Shown: positions 43,356 through 55,561, numbered from the stretch's first letter. The stretch: DNA of 64,000 nt from Methanobrevibacter sp. (GCA_045628665.1 JAZQPS010000017.1:106505-170504), one strand, 5' to 3'. The notes: generated by a model not told the origin, from the sequence alone. Numbers and translations: made by a program.

Positions 43356-43478
43356 ATGACATATTTAGATAGAATAATGTTAAAAACATTTAACGAATCA
43401 TCTGATGCTGAAAAGCAAGAAATTATTAAAGCAGGCGGTATAGAACTTTTAAAAACTTTTGATTCAGATAACGAATAA
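43356..43478 (+). CDS. Small 40-aa ORF between marR and comC
   Basis: RBS ggagatga; MTYLDRIMLKTFNESSDAEKQEIIKAGGIELLKTFDSDNE. Confidence 0.5.
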   Translation: MTYLDRIMLKTFNESSDAEKQEIIKAGGIELLKTFDSDNE

Positions 43479-43495
43479 GTTAATAGGTGTGTCTA

Positions 43496-44527
43496 ATGAA
43501 AATTAGTGTAAGTAATGAAAGGATGCTTGTTCGAGAAATATTACTTAATTTAGGAGTTTCTAAAGAACAAGCTATAGTTGTATCTGAAGCTACATTAGAT
43601 GCTGATATCAAAGGTTTCACTTCTCATGGGTTAGGCCGTTTTCCACAATATATTAATGGGTTAGAAAACGGTTTTATTAAGCCTTCAGGAGATATTGAAA
43701 TTGTTAGAGAAACCGTTTCAACTGCTTTAATCAATGGAAATAGTCTTTTTGGTCAATATGTAGCACATAAAGCTATGGAACTATGTATTGAAAAAGCTTC
43801 ACAAACAGGTATAGGTGCTGTTGGAACTTTTAATTCAAATCATTTTGGAGTTGCAGGTTTTTATTCTGATTTAGCTATTTATAATGATATGATTGGTGTT
43901 GTAATGTGTAATACTGCATCAGCTGTTGCTCCTTTAGGTGGGAAAAAAGCTGTTTTAGGAACAAATCCTTTAGCAATAGGTATTCCAACTAAAAAATATG
44001 TGTCTGTTGATATGGCTACTTCTACTTCTGCTAGAGGTAAGTTACTTGAAGCTGAAAGAAAAGGAGTTTTAATTCCTGAAGGAATAGCTATTGATGTTGA
44101 TGGAAAACCGACTACTGATCCAACTGAAGCACTTAAAGGTTCAATTTTACCTTTTGGTGGAGTTAAAGGTTATGCTTTAAATTTTATTATTGAAATCTTA
44201 TGCGGTCCTCTTGTTGATGCTGCTTTTGGAGTAGATGTTACTGGGACTGCTGGTGATTATAAAGAAAATTGTAATAAAGGAGATTTATTTATTGCTATTG
44301 ATCCATCTAAATTTGTAGATATAACTAATTTTAAAGATCAAGTTGAAGAATTAATTGAGGATATGAGAGCTTCAGGTGAAAAAATACGTATTCCTGGTGA
44401 TGGTACAGTAGGTAAATATCTTAAAAATCAAAAAAATGGACTTCCTATTGATGAAAAATTATATATTGTTCTTAATGATATTTGTGAAAAATTAGATATA
44501 GATTTAAAAGATTATCTTGAAGATTAA
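43496..44527 (+). CDS. comC: L-sulfolactate dehydrogenase (Ldh_2 family, CoM biosynthesis)
   Basis: GFTSHGLGRFPQY, NSNHFG, LGTNPLA, DMATS, PFGGVKGY. Confidence 0.88.
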   Translation: MKISVSNERMLVREILLNLGVSKEQAIVVSEATLDADIKGFTSHGLGRFPQYINGLENGFIKPSGDIEIVRETVSTALINGNSLFGQYVAHKAMELCIEKASQTGIGAVGTFNSNHFGVAGFYSDLAIYNDMIGVVMCNTASAVAPLGGKKAVLGTNPLAIGIPTKKYVSVDMATSTSARGKLLEAERKGVLIPEGIAIDVDGKPTTDPTEALKGSILPFGGVKGYALNFIIEILCGPLVDAAFGVDVTGTAGDYKENCNKGDLFIAIDPSKFVDITNFKDQVEELIEDMRASGEKIRIPGDGTVGKYLKNQKNGLPIDEKLYIVLNDICEKLDIDLKDYLED

Positions 44528-44529
44528 TC

Positions 44530-45516
44530 TTATAAATCAAATTTTTTATTAATTATTTTTTGTGCTTTTTTTAGACGTTGATAGTAATTACCAGAAATTA
44601 TTTCATATTTAATTCCATTTCTACAATATAATTCTTTTATTTTTTTAGTACATGATTCTCTTTGTTCTTCATCATTACGTTCGACAATTCTTAAATCATC
44701 TTGAACATAAGGAACATCGGATTCCATAAATAAAACTAAATCATATTCTCCAGAAATTTTACGGATAATTTCTTCATCATCTAGAATGCTTTCTTTATTT
44801 TCAAAATCTAAATCGCATTGATTTCTATAATAATAACTCATAAATGCATCTGTATCAATGAATAGTAGTTTATTAGCAGTTTTAGTAGCATTTATAATGT
44901 TTAATTTATGTTGATAAACAATTTCTTCAAAATCTTCACTAACCATATAATTTTCTCCACCACAAGCAGAGCAAATATATCTACTATACTCTTCAACACA
45001 TTCAGTATTATATAAATTAGCTAGTGATTTTGACATGACTGATTTTCCTGTTGATTCATTTCCAATAATAAGTATTTTTTTAACATACTGTGCTTTAACA
45101 GGTATTGGTAAATATTCCCAATGTTTTAAAGGATTTTTCTTAATCTCTTCACTTGTATATGGGATACTATTTTCCATATTAATTATTTTTGTGTTAGAAA
45201 TTATTGGATTATGTTCTTTTTGACAGTAACATACATCAATTTTTTTATTAATTTCTTTTTTAATGTATCCTTCAATATTTTCATTATTTGAATTACATAA
45301 AATAATTTTTATATTGTCAAAATGATTAGTTAAATTGTATATCCATTGGTACCTTACTTTGTAGTTAATAGAATCATTAGTTTCACTATAAAATAATACA
45401 ACATACAATTCTTTACATTCATTTGCACCATCGTATATTGAATTTAAATGACCTATGTGTAATGGATCATAAAATGTTCCTATAACACCTACATCATAGA
45501 TATAATTTTCACTCAT
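44530..45516 (-). CDS. NadR-like NMN adenylyltransferase / ribosylnicotinamide kinase
   Basis: DPLHIGH nucleotidyltransferase motif, P-loop GNESTGKS, FIDTDA, YVQDDLR. Confidence 0.8.
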   Translation of the reverse strand: MSENYIYDVGVIGTFYDPLHIGHLNSIYDGANECKELYVVLFYSETNDSINYKVRYQWIYNLTNHFDNIKIILCNSNNENIEGYIKKEINKKIDVCYCQKEHNPIISNTKIINMENSIPYTSEEIKKNPLKHWEYLPIPVKAQYVKKILIIGNESTGKSVMSKSLANLYNTECVEEYSRYICSACGGENYMVSEDFEEIVYQHKLNIINATKTANKLLFIDTDAFMSYYYRNQCDLDFENKESILDDEEIIRKISGEYDLVLFMESDVPYVQDDLRIVERNDEEQRESCTKKIKELYCRNGIKYEIISGNYYQRLKKAQKIINKKFDL

Positions 45517-45525
45517 ATTATCAAA

Positions 45526-46656
45526 TTAAGGTTTCATCATTAAATCCATTATTGAAAATGGTTCATCATCACTTTTAACTTTATTTTCTTGCATTCCTGG
45601 AATTGCTCTTTTTGCAAATTCTTTATTTGCTATTTTTGAAACTTCAGTAAATATCATTTTATATGCGGTACATTGGGGGTCTACTGCTTTTGGAGTTTGG
45701 CATGCAACTATTCCATTATAAGGACATCCGCCTTCACAGTATCTTTTAAATCTACATTTTTTACAAGATTCGTCAACATATTCTCTGAATTCTTGTAATT
45801 TAGACCATGCATCTGAAGTTTTTAAATCATCAAAACTAGGATAGTCTTTTACGTTACCTAAAACATATTCATCCATTCCAACAAAACGATAACAAGGATA
45901 AATAGCTCCATCATGGCCTACAGCGAATGTTACACCAATACAATCTGCAAATGTACATAATGTTCCACGTCTTCTTAATGTACTTTTACAAATATGGTCT
46001 AAATCTTTAATCATGAATTTATCTAAATCATAAAGATATTTATCTAACCACTCAACAAGGAGTTTTCCATGTTCTTCTTGAGGTAATGCCCAAGGGTCTG
46101 CATTATCTCCTCTAAGTGAAGGTAATGCTGCATGGATTTTAAGGTTCATTCCATTTTCTTTAAAAAAATCATATAATTCATCTGAGAAATCTTTAGAGTA
46201 ATCTGTTACTGTCAAAACAAAATTAATTGGAAGTCCTTTTTCTTTAGCTAGTTCATATTTGCCCATAGTATTGTCAAAGTATCCTTCCCCTCTTTGATAA
46301 TCATTGATTTCTTTAGGTCCATCAATACTTGTTGAAATAACTACATTGTATTTTTTAAATAGTTCTATTAAGGGCTCATCTAATAACCAAATATTACTTT
46401 GTAGAGAAAATCCTTCAAAATTAGGGATATTGGATAATTTTTCTAATGCATATTCATAGAAATAATAACCAGCAAGTAATGGTTCCCCCCCATGGAATGT
46501 AAAATGAACTGGTTCATCTCTGAAATCTTTTAACCAGTCGATTATGTTATCAATAATGGAAGTATCCATTATTTCTTCTGTATTTTCACTACCCCAACAA
46601 TATTTACAGTTTCCTAGACAATTTAAAGTTGGGATAATCATTACGTGGAACGTCAT
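45526..46656 (-). CDS. Radical SAM/SPASM enzyme (TIGR04083-like, putative peptide-modifying)
   Basis: CLGNCKYC, FHGGEPLL, SIDGP, SPASM CTFADC..YPCYRF..CKKC...CEGGCP..C. Confidence 0.88.
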   Translation of the reverse strand: MTFHVMIIPTLNCLGNCKYCWGSENTEEIMDTSIIDNIIDWLKDFRDEPVHFTFHGGEPLLAGYYFYEYALEKLSNIPNFEGFSLQSNIWLLDEPLIELFKKYNVVISTSIDGPKEINDYQRGEGYFDNTMGKYELAKEKGLPINFVLTVTDYSKDFSDELYDFFKENGMNLKIHAALPSLRGDNADPWALPQEEHGKLLVEWLDKYLYDLDKFMIKDLDHICKSTLRRRGTLCTFADCIGVTFAVGHDGAIYPCYRFVGMDEYVLGNVKDYPSFDDLKTSDAWSKLQEFREYVDESCKKCRFKRYCEGGCPYNGIVACQTPKAVDPQCTAYKMIFTEVSKIANKEFAKRAIPGMQENKVKSDDEPFSIMDLMMKP

Positions 46657-46661
46657 TTTAT

Positions 46662-46868
46662 CTAGTAAATCTTATTTAATTCTTTTAATAATTTTCTTTT
46701 TTCATCTTCGTCATCAGGTTCATTAACTAAAAAAACATATCCACATTGTTCACATTTAACAGTATCAAGTTCTGCATGTGCATGACTGTGATCTAAAATT
46801 TTTCTGTGTGCTATTTTGTCAGTTGAACCACATTTTGGACATGGTGCTAAAAGTTCTTCAAGTTTCAT
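46662..46868 (-). CDS. Cys-rich peptide (TIGR04165-like)
   Basis: CPKCG...HSHAH...CEQCG; directly upstream of the rSAM gene. Confidence 0.85.
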   Translation of the reverse strand: MKLEELLAPCPKCGSTDKIAHRKILDHSHAHAELDTVKCEQCGYVFLVNEPDDEDEKRKLLKELNKIY

Positions 46869-46911
46869 AATTTCACCTTTAATAATATATTACAATTTTA
46901 TTATATTAACT

Positions 46912-48130
46912 TTACAATCCAATTAGTTGGAAAATTGGCATTCCAACATGTTTACAGAATTTAATAAAATACTTAAATCCAGGTATTTCAAATTCTTTTT
47001 CAACTTTTTTAAGTTCTTTAGGTATATTTAGATGCATAGGACACTTTCTAATACATTGTTCACATTTATTACAAAGACTTGCATATGCTGGGTCTGTCAT
47101 TATTCCACCAGCTATTGTTATATATCCTAATCTTGAATTAGTTATAATGCCTTTTTCATTAAATAAATATTTTTCATTATATAATTTAATAATTTCAGGA
47201 ATTTTAATTCCTTGTGAACATGGTAAACAATAACCACAGGTAGCACAATTAATTTGAAGTTTTTCTTTCATTATTTCTTTTACTTCGTTAATCGTACTAA
47301 CTTCTTTTGGAGAAACTGAATTCATTTTAACTTTATTTGCAATGTTTACATTCTCTTTAACTTGATTTATATCATTCATTCCAGAGAATACACATGTAAT
47401 TTCAGGTTGATTTAAAATCCAACTTAACGCCCAATCTGCATTACTTCTATTTGGATCATTTTTTCTAAAAATAGATTCACATTCATCAGGCATTTTTCCT
47501 GCTAAAATTCCTCCTTTTAATGGTTCCATAACAAAAATACCTATATCTTTGCTTGCTGCATAACGAATTCCATCGATACTAGCTTGAACATTGTCATCTA
47601 AATAATTATATTGAACCATTACCACATCCCAATCATAAGAGTCAATTATTTTATTAAATTTATCTTTAGAACCATGACATGAAAATCCAATATGTTTTAT
47701 TTTTCCTTCTTTTTTAGCTTTTTCAATAAAATCATAAATATTTAATTTTTCAATTCTTCTTAAAGTTCTTAAATCTATGTTATGTAAGAAATAATAATCA
47801 ATACAATTACTTTGTAGTCTTTCTAATTCTTTATTTAATATTTTTTCAAAATCTTCTTCTTTAGTTATTAAATAAACAGATAATTTTGTAGAAATCATTA
47901 CTTTATCTTTATATTCTCCAGTTAAGATTTCTCCTAATAATTTTTCATTATCTCCATTACCATAAGCAGATGCAGTATCTATGAAATTAACTCCATTGTC
48001 AATGGCATAATGGATTAATTCTTTACATTTTTCACGGTCAAATTTTCCATTTTTCTTTGGAAGTCTTATAGCTCCAAATCCAATTGGTGAAACTTTATCT
48101 CCAGTTTTTTTTAATTAATCGATTCTCCAT
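46912..48130 (-). pseudogene. Aldo/keto reductase with Fe-S domain, frameshift in an A8 run after codon ~7
   Basis: ATG at 48130 is out of frame with TGDKVSPIGFGAIRLP...FIDTA, which continues into ORF 47898-46912; motif decay (TKLS, CLPCS). Confidence 0.75.
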
Positions 48131-48277
48131 AGTTTTTTACCTTTTTATTATTTCTAATTATTTATATTCTATTTCTATTATTTTATTTTTTCTTATTTAA
48201 TATACCCTTTTATTTAGAAAGTTATATTAAATAATATTTTAATATTTAAATATGATAACATTAATCTTGGTGATATT

Positions 48278-49278
48278 ATGAAGGATATTTTTGATGAATG
48301 TCAATTAGGATCCCTTAAATTAAAAAGTAGAGTTATAAGAACAGGTATTTGGGAGACTCAAAACACTGAAGGTGGGTTTTTATCTAATGAAGTATTTGAT
48401 AGATATGAAAGTATAGCTAAAGTGGTGTTGGAGCTATCATTTCTGAAATGTTTGCATTAGATAAAAGAGATAGATTTTTTGATTATTCTACTAATATGAA
48501 TTATAGGGGTTTTATTAAGGATTATAAAGAAATTACTGATTTCGTTCATAAATATAATGTTCCTATTTTAGGACAATTATCCTTTTTCTATTATAATGAT
48601 GGTTTAGAACATAAAATAGAACCAAATGATATATCAAAAGAAGGTATTAGAAGATTACAAGCTGATATAATTATGGCTGCTAAAAAATTTTCATTTGCTG
48701 GTTTTGATGGTATTCAATTAAATTGTGGTAATAACTTCTATTTAGCAAGATTTATAAATCCATTTTTCAATGAAAGAGATGATGAATATGGTGGAAATAC
48801 AGAAAATCGTTGTAGAATGATTTGTGAAGTTATCAAATTCATTAAAGCTAATTTTAATTTACATGTAAATTGTAAAGTTAATCCTAGGGATGTAAGAAAA
48901 GGTGGAATGACTCCTGAAGAGACGATTGAAATATGTAAATTATTTAAAGCTGCTGGTGCAGATAGTATTCAAGTTACTGCACGTACTATATCTTTTGCTA
49001 ATGGTGAAATTGGATCACATCCATTTATTGATTTTGCAGATAAATTAATTGGAGAAGTTGATATTCCTGTAATATTAGGTGGAACTTTAAGGGATATGAA
49101 AACTATGAATAATATATTAAATTCTTCTAAAGTTGAATTCATGTCTATGTCAAAACCATTTGTTGCTCAAAAAGATTTCTTATCTCAATGGAAAACAGAT
49201 AGAGAGGGTGTATCTATTTGTCAAAGTTGTAATAACTGTTATAGTAAAAAAACTAGTCTTTGTTTTAAGTATGAATAA
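48278..49278 (+). pseudogene. NADH:flavin oxidoreductase (Old Yellow Enzyme-like), single frameshift
   Basis: LGSLKLKSRVIR and AGFDGIQL..FINPFFNERDDEYGG; a one-base loss near 48420 restores AKSGVGAIISEM. Confidence 0.7.
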
Positions 49279-49345
49279 CTTTTATTCATATTTCTTTTTT
49301 ATTAATTGCTAATTTTTAAATATTATATTATATATATCTATTGAT

Positions 49346-50333
49346 ATGACAAAAATTATATTAGGTCTACCAAAAGGTAGTTTAAACAACGTTAATAGAG
49401 GTAATACTTATCAATTATTCGTTGATGCAGGTTATGAAGTAAGAGGATATGAACCTGGTAATGAATCTTATGAAATTGATATTTTAAATGATGATGATAT
49501 TATAGCATTTTTAACACGTCCACAAAGTACTCCTGTTGAACTAAGTAGGGGTATGGTAGATATTTCTATTATTTGAGAAGATTGGATTAAAGAAGAATCT
49601 GTTTTAAGAGATACTCACACTGTTAAAATTAGAGATTTAAATCATGGAAAAAACTCGTTTAATAGTAGCACTTCCTAATGATGCTCCATATGAAGATTTA
49701 ACTGATTTCTTCTTAAAAAATAAAGAAAGAGATACTCCAATCTTAATATTCACTGAATACTCAAATTTAACTAGAAAATTTATTATGGAAAATCCAGGTT
49801 ATCAAGAACTTTTCGGAGATTCAGTTCCTTTTGTACAAGTAAGAGGTTTAACTGATGGAGATAATGAAAAAGTTCAAGTAATTAACTCTGATGGTGCAAC
49901 TGAAGTATACATTGCTAAAGGTGCAGATTTAATTGTAGATAATACTCAAACCGGATCTAGTTTAAGAAAAGCTGGATTGAAAGAACTTGAAACTATTTTA
50001 CATTCTTCAGCAGGATTATATGCTGGTGTAAGTTGTACTGGTGAAAAATTAGAAAAAGCTAAAATGATTTACAAACAACTTTTAGGTGCAATAACTGCTA
50101 AGAATTACTTTGATGTTAAATTTAATATAGCTAATGAAAAAATAGAAGAAGTTAGTAAATTTTTAGTTGAAAATAAACTTTGTGCAGATGAACCAACTAT
50201 TACTAAAGGTTCTAATTATTCACAAATTAATGTTTTAATTCCAAAAAGTAAATTCCCTGAAATGGTAGATTCTATTCAAGGGTTTAATGCAACTTCAATT
50301 ATTAGAAATGATTTAAAACAGTTAATTAAATAA
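49346..50333 (+). pseudogene. hisG: ATP phosphoribosyltransferase (long methanogen hisG paralog), nonsense codon + frameshift
   Basis: [19 protein letters not shown] (TGA 49574-49576), extra A at ~49650, [17 protein letters not shown]. Confidence 0.85.
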
Positions 50334-50428
50334 TGTTTAAATTTTTATTTAATTTTCTAAACATATGTGAGGATTAATTATTAATATTTAAATATAATTA
50401 TTTATAAAAATTATATTGGTGAGGGATA

Positions 50429-51331
50429 ATGTTAACATCAGTTCAAAAAGAGATTTTACAAACACTTATTAATTTATATCAATCTTCAGAAGGTAAATCA
50501 ATTAAAGGGGAAGATATTGCAGAAGTTATGAGAAGAAATCCAGGTACTATTCGTAATCAAATGCAATCTCTTAGAAGTTTATCTTTAGTTAAAGGTGTTC
50601 CTGGTCCTAGAGGAGGATATAAACCTACTGTAGAGGCATATCATTCATTAAATATTTCAGTTTCTGATAATGATTCAAAAGTTCCTATATATAAAAATGA
50701 AACTAAATTAGAAGATGTCTCTGTTGCTAGAATTGAATTTACTAGTGTTCCTCAACCAACAGCATGTGAAGCAGCTATTAAAGTTTTAGGAAGTATTAAA
50801 GATTTAAAATTAGGTGATGAAGTAAGTATCGGACCTACACCTGTAAATAACTTAGGAGTTATGGGTACTATTGTAGGTAGAGATGATATGGATAATATTT
50901 TACTTATAGATACTAAAACAATTAGAAGTATTCCTAAAAAGACTTTAGGTGAAATTGCTACTAAAGATGTAATTTTCTTAAAACCAGAAAATTCTATAGA
51001 AGAAGCTGCTAAAGTTTTAGCTGATAATACTATTGATGGTGCTCCGGTTATTGATGGTGGTGACATCATTGGTATGTTTACTGTTTCTGATATTGTTAAA
51101 GCATTAGCATTAAATCAATATGGATTTAAAGTTAAAGAATTGATGTCTAGTGATATTGTATTTGTTGATGAAGATACTAAAATAGCTAATGCTATTGACC
51201 TTATGTTTGAAAAAGGAATAGGAAGATTAATAGTTTCTGATAAAAACGATGACTTTTTAGGTATTGTTACTAGAACTGATTTAATTGAAAGTATTACTAA
51301 TTTAGAAGAAATTCCTATTATTACAAATTAA
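50429..51331 (+). CDS. HrcA-like wHTH + CBS-domain regulator
   Basis: RNPGTIRNQMQSL, GVPGPRGGY, CBS pair. Confidence 0.85.
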   Translation: MLTSVQKEILQTLINLYQSSEGKSIKGEDIAEVMRRNPGTIRNQMQSLRSLSLVKGVPGPRGGYKPTVEAYHSLNISVSDNDSKVPIYKNETKLEDVSVARIEFTSVPQPTACEAAIKVLGSIKDLKLGDEVSIGPTPVNNLGVMGTIVGRDDMDNILLIDTKTIRSIPKKTLGEIATKDVIFLKPENSIEEAAKVLADNTIDGAPVIDGGDIIGMFTVSDIVKALALNQYGFKVKELMSSDIVFVDEDTKIANAIDLMFEKGIGRLIVSDKNDDFLGIVTRTDLIESITNLEEIPIITN

Positions 51332-51339
51332 GTGATTTG

Positions 51340-52263
51340 ATGAAAGTTAATCAAATTCAAATTAAAGAAAATATGACTGTTAGTGAGTTACTTGTTCAAT
51401 TTGAAAATTCGGGTGTTTTAGGTTCTGGTAGAGTTTCACGAGCATGTAATTTACTTTCTGATATGATTATAGATGAAGATATGAATGTTTTCATGAGTCT
51501 TGGGGGGCCAATGGTTCCAGGAGGTATGAGAAAGATTATATCTTCTATGATTAAAGAAAAACAAGTTAATGTACTTATTTCTAGTGGTGCTAATATCACA
51601 CATGATTTGCTTGAAGCTTTTGGTGGTCGACATTATAAAGATTTAGGTAATGATGATGAAGCTTTGAATGCAGAAGGAATTGGTAGAATAGCTGATGTAT
51701 ATACTCAATCTGATGATTTTGTAGTCTTTGAAACTGAAATAACTAATATTTTTGAAGATATAGCTTCTAGATTTAAAGTCATTTCAATTCAAGAATTATT
51801 GTACGAAGTTGGGCTATTAATTGATGATGAAGATTCAATTCTTTATCAAGCTGCTAAAAATAAAACTCCAATTTTTGCTCCAGGTTTAATAGACAGTATG
51901 TTTGGATTACAATTATGGATATTTACTCAAGATCACGATTTTACTGTAGATGCTGTAAAAGATATGCATTATTTATCAGATATAGTATTTGATAGTGAAA
52001 AAGTTGGAGGAATACTTTTAGGTGGAGGTCTTCCTAAACATTATGCTCTTGCAAGTAATGTAATTAAAGGAGGATTGGATGCAGCTATCCAAATTACTAT
52101 GGATCGTCCAGAATCTGGTAGTTTAAGCGGTGCTCCATTAGAAGAAGCTAAATCATGGGCAAAAGCAAAATGTGGTTCTAATTTAGCAACTGTAATTGGT
52201 GATGTAACAGTCATTTTCCCATTAATCTATGCTGCAGCATTAGATAAAATTAGGGTGGATTAA
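51340..52263 (+). CDS. Deoxyhypusine synthase
   Basis: SGANITHD, GGGLPKH, GSLSGAPLEEAKSW, GDVT. Confidence 0.92.
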   Translation: MKVNQIQIKENMTVSELLVQFENSGVLGSGRVSRACNLLSDMIIDEDMNVFMSLGGPMVPGGMRKIISSMIKEKQVNVLISSGANITHDLLEAFGGRHYKDLGNDDEALNAEGIGRIADVYTQSDDFVVFETEITNIFEDIASRFKVISIQELLYEVGLLIDDEDSILYQAAKNKTPIFAPGLIDSMFGLQLWIFTQDHDFTVDAVKDMHYLSDIVFDSEKVGGILLGGGLPKHYALASNVIKGGLDAAIQITMDRPESGSLSGAPLEEAKSWAKAKCGSNLATVIGDVTVIFPLIYAAALDKIRVD

Positions 52264-52788
52264 ATGTCCATAACTCTAGCAGTATCTTATTTTTTATCCG
52301 GATTTTTCATGAAAACATCTGATGATGCATTTGATGAAAAAAAGAATGTATCAGTGGCTTGTTTATTAGGAGTAATCTGTGGTGTATTCGCAGGTTATGC
52401 AACAATTGTAAATGCTGATGCTTGTGTTATTTTCATAGCTATTTTAATTGGTAATGTCTTTGCTTTTAAAGTAGATGGAGTTCATCATATTATTACTTTG
52501 GCTGTTTTCGCTATTATTTGTTTAATTTTTAGTATTCCGCCAGTTAATTTCATAGCTTTAATTGTATGTATTATAACTGCTTTATTAGATGAATTAGGCC
52601 ATGAAAGAATTATTCTTTATACTAAAAACATATACATAAATTTATTCTTTGAATATAGATGTTTAATGAAAGTTGCAGTTCTATTTTTAGGAATATTTGG
52701 TTTATTTGATATTTGGACTTTTCTTTACTTCATATTATTTGAAGTAAGCTATGAATTTGCAGGATATATTAATAAATTAAATCAATAA
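52264..52788 (+). CDS. Membrane protein
   Basis: Multiple TMs; KTSDDAFD, KVDGVHH, LDELGHE motifs. Confidence 0.7.
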   Translation: MSITLAVSYFLSGFFMKTSDDAFDEKKNVSVACLLGVICGVFAGYATIVNADACVIFIAILIGNVFAFKVDGVHHIITLAVFAIICLIFSIPPVNFIALIVCIITALLDELGHERIILYTKNIYINLFFEYRCLMKVAVLFLGIFGLFDIWTFLYFILFEVSYEFAGYINKLNQ

Positions 52789-53416
52789 AATCATTTAAAG
52801 CTTTTTTAGAATCTTCTGCTTCATAAATAGAACGTCCTATAATAGCTCCATTTGATATATTTAAAATTTTTCTAACATTTCCTCCTTGTTTTCCAACACC
52901 TGGAGATATTATACAAGCTTCAGAGCCAACAATTTCTCTAATTTCTTTTAATCTATTAATTCTAGTTGCTGGTGCAACATAGTTTTTAATTCCCATTTCA
53001 CGTCCCATTCTTGCAATTTCATCTGCATTTGCTTGTAAAAATTTACGAGCTCCTGGATGTGACATTTCAGTTAATAAAAATAGTTCTTTATTGTGATTGT
53101 TTGCTGAATCTAAACATGCTTGAACAGAATCAGGACCTACAAATCCATGACAAATTATTGCATCTGCTCCAGATTCGAAAGTGACATCACAAATTTTTGA
53201 ATTAGTAGCATCTATATCTGCTACTTTAAAATCACAGATTATATTAAAATCAAATTCTTTTTTTAAGGTTGTAACAGCGTTTAATCCTTCTGCTAATGTT
53301 AAAGGATAACCTATTTTAATTGTATTTAATTTATCGGATATTTGTTCACATAATTTAATTGAATCTTCTAAATTCATTAAATCTAATGCTAAAATAATTT
53401 TGTTTTCTATTTTCAT
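52769..53416 (-). CDS. pyrF: Orotidine-5'-phosphate decarboxylase
   Basis: LALD, DFKVADI, EMSHPG, SPGVGKQGG, GRSIY. Confidence 0.95.
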   Translation of the reverse strand: MKIENKIILALDLMNLEDSIKLCEQISDKLNTIKIGYPLTLAEGLNAVTTLKKEFDFNIICDFKVADIDATNSKICDVTFESGADAIICHGFVGPDSVQACLDSANNHNKELFLLTEMSHPGARKFLQANADEIARMGREMGIKNYVAPATRINRLKEIREIVGSEACIISPGVGKQGGNVRKILNISNGAIIGRSIYEAEDSKKALNDFIDLIY

Positions 53417-53431
53417 ATTAATCATTAATTT

Positions 53432-54937
53432 TTAAATAAAGTATAAATTGCTGTTTAAAAACTCAGGGTCACTAGTAACGTCTATTCCCATAGCTTTTAA
53501 ATCTTGTTCATCTTTATTATTCAATATTGCAGTTGAATGTGCTTTACATAATCTTAATTCTTTAAGTTTAGTTTCAGCTAATAATGCAGTTTCATCAGAT
53601 GTAGCAGAAATAGCAAGGGATGCTAAAATATCTTCTACACTTAAACTAGCTTTTTCTTGTCCTAATGTTTCAGTTTTAAGTTGTTCCATAGCTTCAAATA
53701 CTTCAGGAGCAATTAAAGGAGTTTCATCATCAATATTAGCAATATATTTAATAGCATTTAAGATTGCAGCACCTGCAGCAACCATTTTATCAGAACTTTT
53801 TCCAGTAATAACTGTTCCATCTGATAGTTCGATAGCAAAACCATCAAGGTTTTCATTTCCTGTTTCTTCTTGTTTAACTTTAATATAGTCTCTTGCAGCT
53901 ATTACACATTTTCTATCTTCTACTTTAGCTCCAATTTCTTTCATTAAAAGTTCGCTACGTTCTAATGATTCTAAGGATATTTTTCCTTTTTTATAATCAC
54001 ATTCAGCTATTAAAAATCTTCTAATGATTTCCTGAATTGCTGCTTCTCTACAGACTTCATCATCTATTATACTAAAACCTGCTCTATTAACCCCCATATC
54101 TGTTGGAGATAAATATTCTGATTTTCCTGTAATTTTTTCAATAATTCTTTTTACTACAGGGAAAACTTCTAAATCTCTATTATAATTCACAGCTAATTCA
54201 TTATAAGCATCAAGATGGAAGTTATCTATCATATTAACATCTTTTAAATCTGCGGTAGCTGCTTCGTAAGCAATATTTACTGGATGTTTTAATGGAATAC
54301 TCCAGATTGGGAATGTTTCGAATTTAGCATATCTAACGGTTCTTCCTAATTTATATTCATGGTATAATTGTGAAAGACAAGTTGCTAGTTTACCACTTCC
54401 TCCTCCAGGTCCGGTTATTACTACTAAAGGTTTTGTTACTTCAATATATGGATTTGCACCATATCCTTCATCACTTACAATGGTTTCTACATCAGTTGGA
54501 TATCCTTTTGTAAAGAAATGCTTGTATACTCTGATTCCTCTACGTTCTAATTTATTAATAAATATTTCAACTGCTGGAGATTCTTCGTATCTAGTAACTA
54601 CTACACTGTTTATTGAGAGATTAAATTTTCTGAAGGTGTCTATTAAACGCATAATTTCTAAATCGTATGTTATTCCAAAATCTTGACGAGTTTTATTACT
54701 AATTATATCTCCTGAGTAAATGCACGGAATAATTTCTGCATAATCACTCATTTTTTCTAGGAGTTTAATTTTAGCATTTTCATCAAAACCAGGCAATACT
54801 CTCATTGCATGTTTATCATGAACGAGTTTACCTCCGAATTCTAAATAAAGTCTTTCACTTTTTCCTTCATTTATTCTTTTAAGGATATGTTCAGACTGCT
54901 CTTCAATATATTTTTCTGGGTTAAAACCTTGTTTCAT
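53432..54937 (-). CDS. DUF1846 / UPF0371 protein
   Basis: [43 protein letters not shown]. Confidence 0.88.
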   Translation of the reverse strand: MKQGFNPEKYIEEQSEHILKRINEGKSERLYLEFGGKLVHDKHAMRVLPGFDENAKIKLLEKMSDYAEIIPCIYSGDIISNKTRQDFGITYDLEIMRLIDTFRKFNLSINSVVVTRYEESPAVEIFINKLERRGIRVYKHFFTKGYPTDVETIVSDEGYGANPYIEVTKPLVVITGPGGGSGKLATCLSQLYHEYKLGRTVRYAKFETFPIWSIPLKHPVNIAYEAATADLKDVNMIDNFHLDAYNELAVNYNRDLEVFPVVKRIIEKITGKSEYLSPTDMGVNRAGFSIIDDEVCREAAIQEIIRRFLIAECDYKKGKISLESLERSELLMKEIGAKVEDRKCVIAARDYIKVKQEETGNENLDGFAIELSDGTVITGKSSDKMVAAGAAILNAIKYIANIDDETPLIAPEVFEAMEQLKTETLGQEKASLSVEDILASLAISATSDETALLAETKLKELRLCKAHSTAILNNKDEQDLKAMGIDVTSDPEFLNSNLYFI

Positions 54938-55011
54938 AGTAATCATTTTCCATTAAAGTAATACCTTTAATATATATTTATTTTTTATTTATTAAAATTT
55001 TTGAAAATTGA

Positions 55012-55536
<525 letters not shown>

Positions 55537-55561
55537 TTTTTTTTATTTTAGGAGTAATAAT

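Noticed and set aside
48100-48430. Programmed frameshifting or phase variation in the A-runs of the two oxidoreductases
   Set aside because: The tracts are short and common in this genome, no stimulatory structure is seen, and decay or sequencing error explains them equally well.
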